Assembly: GCA_027326205.1 (NCBI GenBank)
Contig: DAHWEX010000289.1
Span: forward strand, 1-42,349
Source of the DNA: Actinomycetota bacterium
GTDB lineage: Bacteria; Actinomycetota; Actinomycetes; Streptosporangiales; Streptosporangiaceae
Length of the DNA: 42,349 nucleotides
Direction: 5' to 3'
Shown: one piece after another, positions 19,609 to 27,870 of the stretch
How the letters are laid out: every line of letters begins with the position of its first letter
How positions within the stretch are numbered: position 1 is the stretch's first letter
Notes under the pieces: generated by a model
Told to the model about the DNA's origin: nothing
Seen by the model: the letters and a program-made list of their open reading frames with translations, nothing else
Databases searched by the model: none
Made by a program: the position numbers and the translations under genes

Positions 19609-20613
19609 ATGGAAACGGCTAAGTACTCCATCGTGATCCCGCTTTATAACGAGGAGAGCGGGATCGCTGTCCTCGTTGCGAAGCTGCAGGAGATCATGGC
19701 CCAGTTCGACGGGCCCGCCGAGGTCGTCATGGTGGACGACGGCAGCAAGGACCGCACGTTCGAACTGGCGCTGGAAGCCAGCGAGAAGGATCCGCGATTC
19801 AAGCTGATCCAGTTCTCCAGGAACTTCGGCCACCAGATGGCCATCACCGCCGGGATGGACGCCTCCAGCGGCGACGCGGTGATCATCATGGACGCCGACC
19901 TGCAGGACCCGCCGCACGTGGTGCTGCAGATGATCGAGAAGTGGAAGGAAGGCTACGAGGTCGTCTACGGCCTCCGGGAGCACCGGCAGGGCGAGCGGCT
20001 GTTCAAGACCGCGACCGCCTCGGTGTTCTACGGCCTGCTGCACCGGATCGCGGACATCGACACGCCGGTCGACGTGGGCGACTTCCGACTGGTCGACCGG
20101 AAGGCGCTGAACGCGTTCCTGCAGATGCGGGAGAACAACCGCTACGTGCGCGGCATGTTCTCCTGGGTGGGCTTCCGCCAGACCGGGGTGCCGTACGTCC
20201 GGGAAGAGCGGTTCTCCGGGAAGACGCACTACACGCTGAGCAAGATGGTGAAGCTCGCCTCGAACGGCATCATGGGCTTCTCCACCGCGCCGCTGCGGCT
20301 GGCCCTCAACACCGGCCTGTTCCTGGCCGTCGCCGCGGTGGTCTACGGCATCGTCGCGATCACGCTGAAGCTGGCCGGCGTGTCACTGGTGCCCGGCTAC
20401 GCGTCGCTGCTGTTCGCCGTCACGTTCCTGTCCGGCATCCAACTCGCCGTCCTCGGCACGGTCGGCCTGTATGTCGGCCGGATCTACGACGAGGCCAGGC
20501 AGCGCCCGCTGTACATCGTCCGCGAGTCGCACGGCTTCACGCACGACAAGGAAGGCCCGGTCCTCTGGTCGCCCGCGGCCGTCCAGAACGGGCAGACCAT
20601 GCTCCGCCCGTAG
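19609..20613 (+). CDS. GT2 polyprenyl-phosphate glycosyltransferase (GtrB/ArnC-like)
   Basis: SIVIPLYNEE, VDDGSKD, FSRNFGHQMA, MDADLQDPP, GDFRLVDR, two C-terminal TM helices, RPLYIV. Confidence 0.93.
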   Translation: METAKYSIVIPLYNEESGIAVLVAKLQEIMAQFDGPAEVVMVDDGSKDRTFELALEASEKDPRFKLIQFSRNFGHQMAITAGMDASSGDAVIIMDADLQDPPHVVLQMIEKWKEGYEVVYGLREHRQGERLFKTATASVFYGLLHRIADIDTPVDVGDFRLVDRKALNAFLQMRENNRYVRGMFSWVGFRQTGVPYVREERFSGKTHYTLSKMVKLASNGIMGFSTAPLRLALNTGLFLAVAAVVYGIVAITLKLAGVSLVPGYASLLFAVTFLSGIQLAVLGTVGLYVGRIYDEARQRPLYIVRESHGFTHDKEGPVLWSPAAVQNGQTMLRP

Positions 20614-20793
20614 TGCCGCGGCCGGCCTCAGGTTCAGGCCGGGACCCGGGTCACGGCCACGTCGGATGGCGGCCAATTCAGACGTCATCCAACGTGATCG
20701 GAACGCACCGCACAGCAAGGGATAGACCCGCGTTAATCCGTAATCCTTTCGTGAGGTTTTCGCGAAGTGGTTGAGATGGCTCCGTAACCTTCA

Positions 20794-22545
20794 CTACCGT
20801 GTTCCACGGTCTCCGGCGTCAGCGCCGGAGGATGAAGAACGGAGCGTAACAGCATCGTGGCCAACCGCCTTGCCAGCCGTCCCCGCCTGCGGCGCGCCGC
20901 GGTCCTCGTGACCGTCCTGGCGACCGCGAGCGGGATCGCGGTATACGCCGGGGCCTCGGGTGCCGGTGCCGCCCCTACGCCGTCGATCGCCCAGGTGCAG
21001 AAGGAAGTCAACAGCCTGCAGGGACAGGTCGACAAGCTCGGGGAGCAGTACGACGCCGCCGGCCAGCAGCTCTCCGCGGCGAGGTCCAAGCTCGCCCAGG
21101 TGAACACGCAGGCCAGCCAGGCTCAGCAGCGCTACACCGCGGCGAGCAGCGCGCTCGCCTCCATCGCCGTGGCCCAGTACGAGGACTCCAACGCGACGTC
21201 GATCGCCGGCCTGCTCACGTCGGGCAACCCGAACGCGGTGCTCGGCCAGGCGTCGCTGGTCCTCCAGGTCGAGGGCACGCACAACCAGGAGGCACAGAAC
21301 CTCCTCACGATGGCCGGCGAACTCAACTCCATCAGGCAGCAGCGGCAGCGCACCGAGTCGGGCGTGGAACAGCTCACGACCCAGTACAAGCAGCAGTTCA
21401 CGTCGATGACCAAGGCGTACGACCAGCAGAAGGCCCTGCTCGACAGCCTCAACGCGCAGCAGCAGGCCGCGGTCGAGGCGGCCACGGTCGGCGGCAGCAC
21501 CACGTCGGGGACCGTGACGACCTCGCCGATCTCGTATCCGGGGCCGACGGGCAGCCAGGCCGACGCGGCCGTCGCCTACGCCTACGCGCACATCGGCGAC
21601 GCCTACGTGTGGGGCGCCACGGGACCGACCACGTTCGACTGCTCCGGCCTCATGTACGCCGCGTGGCAGGCCGCCGGGGTGACCCTGCCGCGGACCACCG
21701 AGGAGGAGTGGGCCGGCCTGCCGCACATCCCGCTGTCGGACCTTGAGCCCGGTGACCTGATCCTCTACAACGGGGAGAGTCACGTGGCCATGTACGTCGG
21801 CGTCGTCAACGGCACCGCCTACATCATCGACGCCCCGCACACCGGCGCGTACGTCGAGCGCATCCCGATGAATACCTCCTGGTACGCCGACAGCGAGGAC
21901 GGCGCGGTCCGGCCGTAAGCCGGACCGCGGACGCGGCGGATGGCGGCCCGCTAAGGCCGCGACGGTCAGCGGGCCGTCGAGGTAGACGACCTTGCTGGCG
22001 GTCTTGGCCAGCTCATAGGCCAGGCTGCCCCAGCGGCTGACCACGGTGATGCGGACGCCGCGGGCCGCCAGGGCCGCCGCCGCCTGACCGAAGCCGCCGT
22101 CGCCCGACCCGATCACCACGTGGCTGAACCTGGTGGCAACGTTCTCGTGTTCAAGCACGTCAAGGAGCTCAAGGTCGGCGCCGTCCTTGCCGGAGCGCAC
22201 CCGGTACCTGGCGCGCGGCCAGCCGAGTCCGGCGTTCAGCAGGGCCAGGTGGTTCGTGGCGAGCACCACCTGGTCGTCCACGCCGAACCGCAGGCAGGTG
22301 AGGTACTGGCCCTGCACCTCGGCGACCCGGTCAAGGGTAGGGATCGCCGCGCCGGCCAGGTTTTCAATATCGACGACGTGCAGCGTCCGGTCCGGGTACT
22401 GCAACCGGAAGCTCGCTTGGCGCAGCCGTCCAACGTTAGCCTTCGAACCCCTTTTCCCCTGACGATTCCCCTGACGATGCTGGGGCGCGAGGCCCTCGGG
22501 TCTCAGGGCAGGGAAAAGAGAGCCCGCTCTCGGCTTTACCGGCAT
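20794..22545 (-). CDS. NYN/LabA (PIN-like) nuclease domain protein; the domain ends near 21955 and the frame then runs antisense through the NlpC/P60 gene (probable lost stop)
   Basis: AGGAGG RBS 8 nt before ATG 22545; VVDIENL, KDGADLEL, VIGSGDGGF, GVRITVVS and VVYLD motifs; a TAG sits one base out of frame at 21951-21953. Confidence 0.7.
   Translation of the reverse strand: MPVKPRAGSLFPALRPEGLAPQHRQGNRQGKRGSKANVGRLRQASFRLQYPDRTLHVVDIENLAGAAIPTLDRVAEVQGQYLTCLRFGVDDQVVLATNHLALLNAGLGWPRARYRVRSGKDGADLELLDVLEHENVATRFSHVVIGSGDGGFGQAAAALAARGVRITVVSRWGSLAYELAKTASKVVYLDGPLTVAALAGRHPPRPRSGLRPDRAVLAVGVPGGIHRDALDVRAGVRGVDDVGGAVDDADVHGHVTLPVVEDQVTGLKVRQRDVRQAGPLLLGGPRQGHPGGLPRGVHEAGAVERGRSRGAPHVGVADVRVGVGDGRVGLAARRPRIRDRRGRHGPRRGAAADRGRLDRGLLLRVEAVEQGLLLVVRLGHRRELLLVLGRELFHARLGALPLLPDGVEFAGHREEVLCLLVVRALDLEDQRRLAEHRVRVARREQAGDRRRVGVLVLGHGDGGERAARRGVALLSLAGLRVHLGELGPRRGELLAGGVVLLPELVDLSLQAVDFLLHLGDRRRRGGTGTRGPGVYRDPARGRQDGHEDRGAPQAGTAGKAVGHDAVTLRSSSSGADAGDRGTR
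20857..21918 (+). CDS. Secreted NlpC/P60 (C40) peptidoglycan endopeptidase with coiled-coil N-terminus
   Basis: Signal peptide, Gln-rich coiled coil, YVWGATGP, FDCSGL, LPRT, PGDLI, HVAMYVG, IDAPHTG. Confidence 0.93.
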   Translation: MANRLASRPRLRRAAVLVTVLATASGIAVYAGASGAGAAPTPSIAQVQKEVNSLQGQVDKLGEQYDAAGQQLSAARSKLAQVNTQASQAQQRYTAASSALASIAVAQYEDSNATSIAGLLTSGNPNAVLGQASLVLQVEGTHNQEAQNLLTMAGELNSIRQQRQRTESGVEQLTTQYKQQFTSMTKAYDQQKALLDSLNAQQQAAVEAATVGGSTTSGTVTTSPISYPGPTGSQADAAVAYAYAHIGDAYVWGATGPTTFDCSGLMYAAWQAAGVTLPRTTEEEWAGLPHIPLSDLEPGDLILYNGESHVAMYVGVVNGTAYIIDAPHTGAYVERIPMNTSWYADSEDGAVRP

Positions 22546-22624
22546 GACAGGCACCTCCTACGGCGTTTCCCCCGGTGCTGCTGGCTGTGTGCGTTCCCCG
22601 TGTGAACTTCGGTACCCAGCTCAT

Positions 22625-22665
22625 CCATGCGCCAACCGCATGGTGGCCATGGATATCCCGCATGG
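22625..22665. promoter_or_regulatory. Tandem palindromic operator-like sites CCATG-N9-CATGG (two copies)
   Basis: Copies at 22625-22643 and 22647-22665, period 22 bp, between divergent genes. Confidence 0.6.
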
Positions 22666-22686
22666 ATGCGGGGTACAGTTCCCACC

Positions 22687-23472
22687 GTGAGCTTGGCTGC
22701 CGTACGTGATGATCTTGCCAACGCACTTGAGGAAACGCTGACGCTCGCTCGCCAGCTTGCGCAGGACGCGAAGAACACCGACGTGCCCGTCGCCGACCTC
22801 GTGGCCCAGGCCACCATGCTTGGCCGGCTCGACCAGCGCCGCGAGGAGCTGATCGGCCAGCTCCGCCGCACCGCGAGCGCCGGCCTGCGGGCGTCCAGGC
22901 CGGGACCGCCCATCAGGGAGGTCGTCCTCGCCGCCCTCGACGAGCTCGGCTGGCCGCAGAACGCGCGGTTCCTCGAGGAGTACCTGTGGGCCAGGCACCA
23001 GCTTCAACTCGGCAGCCGCGCGTTCGCCTCGCTGCGCCGCGACGAACTGCGGGCCTGGCGGCGCGCTCCGGGGGCGCGCTCCGCCTACGTCGTGCCCGCG
23101 CTGAACCGTGACGGCACGGCCAACCCGCGCTGGCTCACCAGCTCCGCCTGGCCGCTGCCGCGCCGGGTGGTCGCCACCGCGCAGACCGAGCGGCTCTTCG
23201 ACCTGCAGAAGATCCTCTCCCTCGACGTTCGCGGCTCCCGGGGCCCGCTCGGCACGCTGCTCGAACGGTCCGTGACCCGGATCCTCGAGATCGAGCCGCC
23301 GCCGGTGTCCGCGTCCGCCCCCGTGACACGGGCCTGGCGCACCCGCGTGCGGTCGCACGCGACGGCGCTCATCGCGACGATCCGGCCGGCCGACGACGCG
23401 GACCGCGAGCTAATCGCCGCGGGACTGGCGGCCCTCCCCGACCAGGATCGCGTCTGGGGCCGGTCAGGCTAG
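22687..23472 (+). CDS. Hypothetical protein, possibly DNA-binding (helical N-terminus, wHTH-like middle)
   Basis: GC3-rich frame; TACAGT -10 at 22674-22679 lies 7 nt before GTG 22687 (leaderless pattern); alternative starts 22627 and 22666. Confidence 0.7.
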   Translation: MSLAAVRDDLANALEETLTLARQLAQDAKNTDVPVADLVAQATMLGRLDQRREELIGQLRRTASAGLRASRPGPPIREVVLAALDELGWPQNARFLEEYLWARHQLQLGSRAFASLRRDELRAWRRAPGARSAYVVPALNRDGTANPRWLTSSAWPLPRRVVATAQTERLFDLQKILSLDVRGSRGPLGTLLERSVTRILEIEPPPVSASAPVTRAWRTRVRSHATALIATIRPADDADRELIAAGLAALPDQDRVWGRSG

Positions 23473-24129
23473 CCGGCGCTCCGTGGCCCAGCGGGTGAGC
23501 TGGTGCCGGGAGGAGAGCTGCAGCTTGCGCAGCACCGACGACACGTGGCTCTCCACGGTCTTGCCCGAGATGAACAGCTCGCGGGCGATCTCCTTGTACG
23601 TATAGCCCTGAGCGATCAGCCGCAGCACCTCGCGCTCCCGCGTGGTCAGCTGGTCGAGTTCCGGGTCGAAGGACGGCTTGACGTCGCTCGCCGACGGCGC
23701 GGCGGCGAAGGCGTCGAGGACGAAGCCCGCCAGCCGGTGCGAGAACACCGCGTCACCGTCCGCGACCCGTTTGATCGCGTCGGCGAGATCGGCGGTGGAG
23801 ATCGTCTTGGTGACGTAGCCGCGCGCCCCGGCCCGGATGACGGCGATCACGTCCTCCGGGGCGTCCGAGGCCGACAGCGCGAGGAACTTGACGTCGGGAT
23901 GTTCCTTCTTCACCTCGGTGATGACCGCGTGACCGCCGCCGCCGGGCAGGTGCACGTCGAGCAGCACCACGTCGGGCAGCAGCCGCTCGATCAGCTCGAT
24001 GGCCGGGGCCACGTCGTCCGCCTCGCCCAGCACCTCGACCCGGGTGCCGAGTTCGGCGCGCACGCCTGAGCGGAAGAGCCCGTGGTCGTCGACGAGCACC
24101 ACGCGCGGCGGACCGGACTGCCCGCTCAT
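23464..24129 (-). CDS. NarL/LuxR family response regulator
   Basis: LVDDH, PDVVLLDVHLP, GARGYVTK, LTTREREVLRLIAQGY, KTVESHVSSVLRKL. Confidence 0.95.
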   Translation of the reverse strand: MSGQSGPPRVVLVDDHGLFRSGVRAELGTRVEVLGEADDVAPAIELIERLLPDVVLLDVHLPGGGGHAVITEVKKEHPDVKFLALSASDAPEDVIAVIRAGARGYVTKTISTADLADAIKRVADGDAVFSHRLAGFVLDAFAAAPSASDVKPSFDPELDQLTTREREVLRLIAQGYTYKEIARELFISGKTVESHVSSVLRKLQLSSRHQLTRWATERRLA

Positions 24130-25592
24130 GGCCGCGGCCCGTTCGCCGTCGCCCGCCGGACGGGCTCCTGCCGCGCGCTGTGCGGCATCGTCAGCGTCAC
24201 CTTCGTTCCCTCTCCCGGCGCCGACTGCACGGTCGCCTCACCCCCATGCCTGCTCATCCGGCCGTGAATGGACTCCGCCACGCCCTTGCGGTCGCCGGGC
24301 ACCGCGGCGGGGTCGAAGCCCTTGCCACGGTCCCGGACGGCGATACTGACCTTATCCGGCTCCACCTCGGCGAACACCGAGATCACGGCCGCGCCGGACC
24401 ACTTAGCGGCGTTCACGGTCGCTTCCCTGGCCGCCATGAGCAGGGCGCTCAGGTGCTCATCCAGCGGGCAGTCGCCGACCGTTACGATTTCGACCGGGAC
24501 GCCGTGCAGCGCCTCGACGTCCCGCTGAATCTGCCGCACGCCCTCGGCGAACGACGACACGGCCGTGTCGCCCGGGGCCCGCCCCTCGAACAGCCAGGAG
24601 CGCAACTCGCGCTCCTGGGCCCGGGCGAGCTGGACCACCGCCTGCGGGTCCTCCGCCCGGCGCTGGATGAGCGCGAGCGTCTGCAGCACCGAGTCGTGCA
24701 TGTGGGCCGCGATGTCGGCCCGCTCCTCGGCGCGCGCCCGCGCCTGCCGCTCAACCATCAGGTCCCGGGCGATGCGCAGCCACCACGGGCCGAGCAGCAG
24801 CACGATCGCCGCCGTCACGAACAGGAAGCCGCCGAGCGGCGCGAGCAACTGCGTGCCGCCGTGCAGGCTCAGCAGGTCGCCGAGCCCGACGGCGAGCAGC
24901 ACCGCCGCCCCGGCGATCCGCAGCCGGGTGGCCCGGTGGATGGCCTTTTCGCTTGCCCCGCGGCCCTCCAGGGGCGCTATCAGGCGCCGCATCGCCGCCT
25001 GCTCGTCCGCGGAGGCGTTGCGCCAGACGAGGGCCAGGACGGGCACGCTCACTACCTGCGCCCAGCCGTACTTCTCGATCGTGGCGTCGTTCAGTGCCCC
25101 GGCGAGGAACAGGAACACGACGAGCAGCGACCCGAGCCCGACCGCGATGGCCATGCCGCGCGAGTCGTGCTTCGCCCGGCTCGCGATGTTGGCTTCCTCT
25201 CCCTGAGCGGGGATCAGCAGCCAGCCGAGGACATAGAACGGAACCGCCCATCCGGCAGTGATCAGGGCGGCGACGGCGAGGGCGATCCGGACCGTGATCG
25301 GGTTGAACCCGCGCCACGCCGCGATGCCCGCCGCGACGCCGCCCGCGACGCGGTCATCCTGCGCCCGGCGGAGCGACTGCCCGTCCCCTCGGTTCCGCCA
25401 CCGGCTGGGCCGCCCCGCCCAGTCGGGCGCGCCATCGGACCGTGCCTGAGGACCCTGCCACGACGGACCCTGCCACGACGGCCCCTGCCGGTGCTGGTCC
25501 TGGTGCCCGCGCTGGTGCTGGGACATGCCTGACCAGCCGGGCCGGTCCTGGAACCGGAACGGCGGCCACTGCTGGTCGCTCGGTTCCTGCAT
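24126..25592 (-). CDS. PspC-domain sensor histidine kinase
   Basis: PspC motif DRVAGGVAAGIA, several TM helices, H-box AAHMHDSVLQTL, REATVNAAK, VRDRGKGFD, GEGT. Confidence 0.92.
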   Translation of the reverse strand: MQEPSDQQWPPFRFQDRPGWSGMSQHQRGHQDQHRQGPSWQGPSWQGPQARSDGAPDWAGRPSRWRNRGDGQSLRRAQDDRVAGGVAAGIAAWRGFNPITVRIALAVAALITAGWAVPFYVLGWLLIPAQGEEANIASRAKHDSRGMAIAVGLGSLLVVFLFLAGALNDATIEKYGWAQVVSVPVLALVWRNASADEQAAMRRLIAPLEGRGASEKAIHRATRLRIAGAAVLLAVGLGDLLSLHGGTQLLAPLGGFLFVTAAIVLLLGPWWLRIARDLMVERQARARAEERADIAAHMHDSVLQTLALIQRRAEDPQAVVQLARAQERELRSWLFEGRAPGDTAVSSFAEGVRQIQRDVEALHGVPVEIVTVGDCPLDEHLSALLMAAREATVNAAKWSGAAVISVFAEVEPDKVSIAVRDRGKGFDPAAVPGDRKGVAESIHGRMSRHGGEATVQSAPGEGTKVTLTMPHSARQEPVRRATANGPRP

Positions 25593-25651
25593 TCTCCTAT
25601 CATCGCCCGCCGGGCTCCCCCGGGGCCATCCGGACTTTCCCTGATGAGCGG

Positions 25652-25700
25652 TCAGGGTGTCTCAGGGTAGGGCAGGCCCGGGTCAGGGTCGGGCCAGGGC
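25652..25700 (+). promoter_or_regulatory. Helically phased TCAGGGT direct repeats, putative response-regulator sites
   Basis: TCAGGGT at 25652, 25662 and 25683; degenerate copies at 25672 and 25694; inverted CCCTGA at 25639. Confidence 0.55.
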
Positions 25701-25744
25701 TGTTCCCGATACCGCCAGGCGCCCCGCGGACGAAGACTTAGGCC

Positions 25745-26035
25745 ATGAGCACTTTCGGGGACACCACCCAGTCGCAGTCGCAGTCACAGACCCCGGCGGG
25801 CCCGGACCGCCGGCCTCCGCTTCGCCGCGCCTCCCACGGCCGCATGCTGGCCGGCGTGTGCGCCGGCATCGCCGACTACCTCGGCATCGACGTGACGATC
25901 GTCCGGATCGCGTTCGTCGTCTTCACCTTCCTCGGCGCCGCTGGCGTCCCGGTCTACCTGGCCTGCCTGCTGCTGATCCCGGAAGAGGGCACGGACCAGT
26001 CCATCCTCAACTCGCTGCTCGACGGCATCCGTTAA
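25745..26035 (+). CDS. pspC: PspC domain protein (stand-alone)
   Basis: LRRASHGRMLAGVCAGIADYLGIDVTIVRIAFV...YLACLLLIP. Confidence 0.88.
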   Translation: MSTFGDTTQSQSQSQTPAGPDRRPPLRRASHGRMLAGVCAGIADYLGIDVTIVRIAFVVFTFLGAAGVPVYLACLLLIPEEGTDQSILNSLLDGIR

Positions 26036-26050
26036 TCCGTTAATCCGTTA
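26027..26050 (+). repeat. Tandem repeat (ATCCGTTA)3 spanning the pspC stop codon
   Basis: Three exact 8-mers directly followed by the AGGAG RBS of the next gene. Confidence 0.85.
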
Positions 26051-26063
26051 AGGAGACCCAGAC

Positions 26064-26531
26064 ATGTCACCGTCTTCCACGCAGCAGTGGACCCGTCGCA
26101 TCCGCTACTCCGACCAGCACATCCGGGTCTCCGACGCCGAGCGCGGCTCGGTCGCGGAACTTCTCGGGCAGCACTACGCCGACGGCCGGCTCGACCAGGC
26201 CGAGTTCGACGACCGCATCAGCCGCACGATGGCCGCCAAGACCCGTGGCGACCTGGCGGGGCTGTTCGACGACCTGCCGGAGGCGGACCCCGCGGGGGCG
26301 GGCCCGTCCGGTCCCGGCGGGCCTGGCGGCCCGGTCTCGTACCGGGGGCCGCGCAGGCGCGGCGGGCTCGTGCGCCCGCTGCTGCTGCTGGTCCTGCTCT
26401 TTATCTGCGCCAACTTCGCCTGGCACGCCTTCACCGCCAGCCTGTTCTTTGTCCAGCCGCTGGTCTGGGCCTTCGCCATCGTCGCGGTGATCCTGCTGAT
26501 GAACAGGTCCCACCACCGGCGCGGCCGGTGA
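26064..26531 (+). CDS. DUF1707 (SHOCT-like) membrane protein
   Basis: RVSDAER...L..HYADGRL...EFDDR...AKTRGDLAGLFDDLP, then two TM helices. Confidence 0.88.
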   Translation: MSPSSTQQWTRRIRYSDQHIRVSDAERGSVAELLGQHYADGRLDQAEFDDRISRTMAAKTRGDLAGLFDDLPEADPAGAGPSGPGGPGGPVSYRGPRRRGGLVRPLLLLVLLFICANFAWHAFTASLFFVQPLVWAFAIVAVILLMNRSHHRRGR

Positions 26532-26853
26532 CACCGGCCGCGCCGCGCGGCCTCACCCGGGAGATCCCGGTTCCCTAATCACCTCATTTGGTGGGCAGCG
26601 GACCGGGATCTCCTTATTTGTGGCAATTATTGGCTTTTTGCGAAGGGCCCGGGAAAACGGAACCCCGCTCCGCTGGATTGCGCACTCCGCGCACCTTCGC
26701 TCCGCCGCCCGCGAACACCAAACAGACATAAACATGACACGCAACGTCTTGGTTGCCGCCTTACCATTTGACACGTCGCGGAGTAACCTATCTACCAGTC
26801 CATCAGCGACAATTCCCTCAGTTGAGTGAAACCTAGCCAGGGAGCCCCTCACC

Positions 26854-27861
26854 ATGACGCGAACTTGCGGATATTGCAGATCTTCGGTCAGTGACGGCGA
26901 TCTTTTCTGCCAGACCTGCGGGCGCCAGGCAGCGCCCGCCCTGAGCTACCCGGCAGACGGGCGCGCCGTGGGCGCGCCCGAGCCCGCGGTGGCGGCGGTA
27001 CCAGGCATGGAAAGGGGACCGTCGTGGGGCGTCAACGCCGCCGCCCCGCCGCCGCCCGCGATGACGTCCGCGATGACGTCCGGTGCGAGCGCGGCCGCCG
27101 GCGAAGCCGGAATGAACAGCACTTACGTCGGCAACCGGCTCGTTTACGAGGCAACCCCCGAACCTTCTTTCGATCCGCTGTTCAACACGCGGTTCCTCGC
27201 GCAATTGGCGCTGCGCGGCCTGCTCTACTGGTGGATCTGGGCGGCCTCGCTCATCCCGATCCTCATCGTCTCCGGGATAATGGCAGCCATTTCGGTCGGA
27301 CTCGGCATAACCGTTTTCTTCATCCTGTTCCTTGGCGTCACCGGCGTCCTCCTGACGTGCTACTGGCTCCTGAAGGTCCCGATCAAGCTCTCCGAGTGGA
27401 AGTACTCCATTGACGGGAAGGCCGCTGCCGCACCTATGGTCCTCGACCACATCGCCTCGGTCCTGCGCGGCCGCGCCACCCCGCTGACGTCGCTGACGGT
27501 GCGCCGGCTGCAGCCGCCCGGCGGCGAGGCGGCCAAGGACTACCTGGAACTGCGCAGCACCATCTTCTACGGATACGTCGCCTGCTTCTCGTATGGAACG
27601 GACCTATACCTGGGCTGGACGTTCTGGGTCCAGGTCTCCCCGTTCTGGTACCTGTGCATGTACATCATGCGAATCTGGCAGTCCATCAGGAACCGGGGCA
27701 ACGACCTGTACCACTCCCTGCGCTTCGACACGGCGCGGGCGATGCGGGAGACCATGCATAGCGCGACCCGCGAGGGTGCCGACGTGGCCGTCGGCCGGCT
27801 GGCGGGACAAGGACGCGGGATCATCGGCAGTGCCATCCCCGTCGTGGAAAGCGCCGTGTAG
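26854..27861 (+). CDS. Hypothetical membrane protein with N-terminal zinc ribbon
   Basis: CGYC-x10-CQTC, Pro/Ala linker, two long TM segments, C-terminal globular region; AGGGAG RBS. Confidence 0.8.
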   Translation: MTRTCGYCRSSVSDGDLFCQTCGRQAAPALSYPADGRAVGAPEPAVAAVPGMERGPSWGVNAAAPPPPAMTSAMTSGASAAAGEAGMNSTYVGNRLVYEATPEPSFDPLFNTRFLAQLALRGLLYWWIWAASLIPILIVSGIMAAISVGLGITVFFILFLGVTGVLLTCYWLLKVPIKLSEWKYSIDGKAAAAPMVLDHIASVLRGRATPLTSLTVRRLQPPGGEAAKDYLELRSTIFYGYVACFSYGTDLYLGWTFWVQVSPFWYLCMYIMRIWQSIRNRGNDLYHSLRFDTARAMRETMHSATREGADVAVGRLAGQGRGIIGSAIPVVESAV

Positions 27862-27870
27862 CCTGCAGCC

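Noticed and set aside
20614-20856. c-di-AMP (ydaO) riboswitch upstream of the NlpC/P60 gene
   Set aside because: Characteristic GAATCC, GGGGAACC and CCGTCAGCTAAC segments are not present
25451-25488. 15-bp repeat encoding QGPSW in the kinase N-terminus
   Set aside because: Low-complexity disordered leader; likely neutral
26768-26800. TTGACA upstream of the HerA-like operon as a housekeeping promoter
   Set aside because: No TANNNT hexamer at 16-19 nt spacing, so the promoter cannot be called
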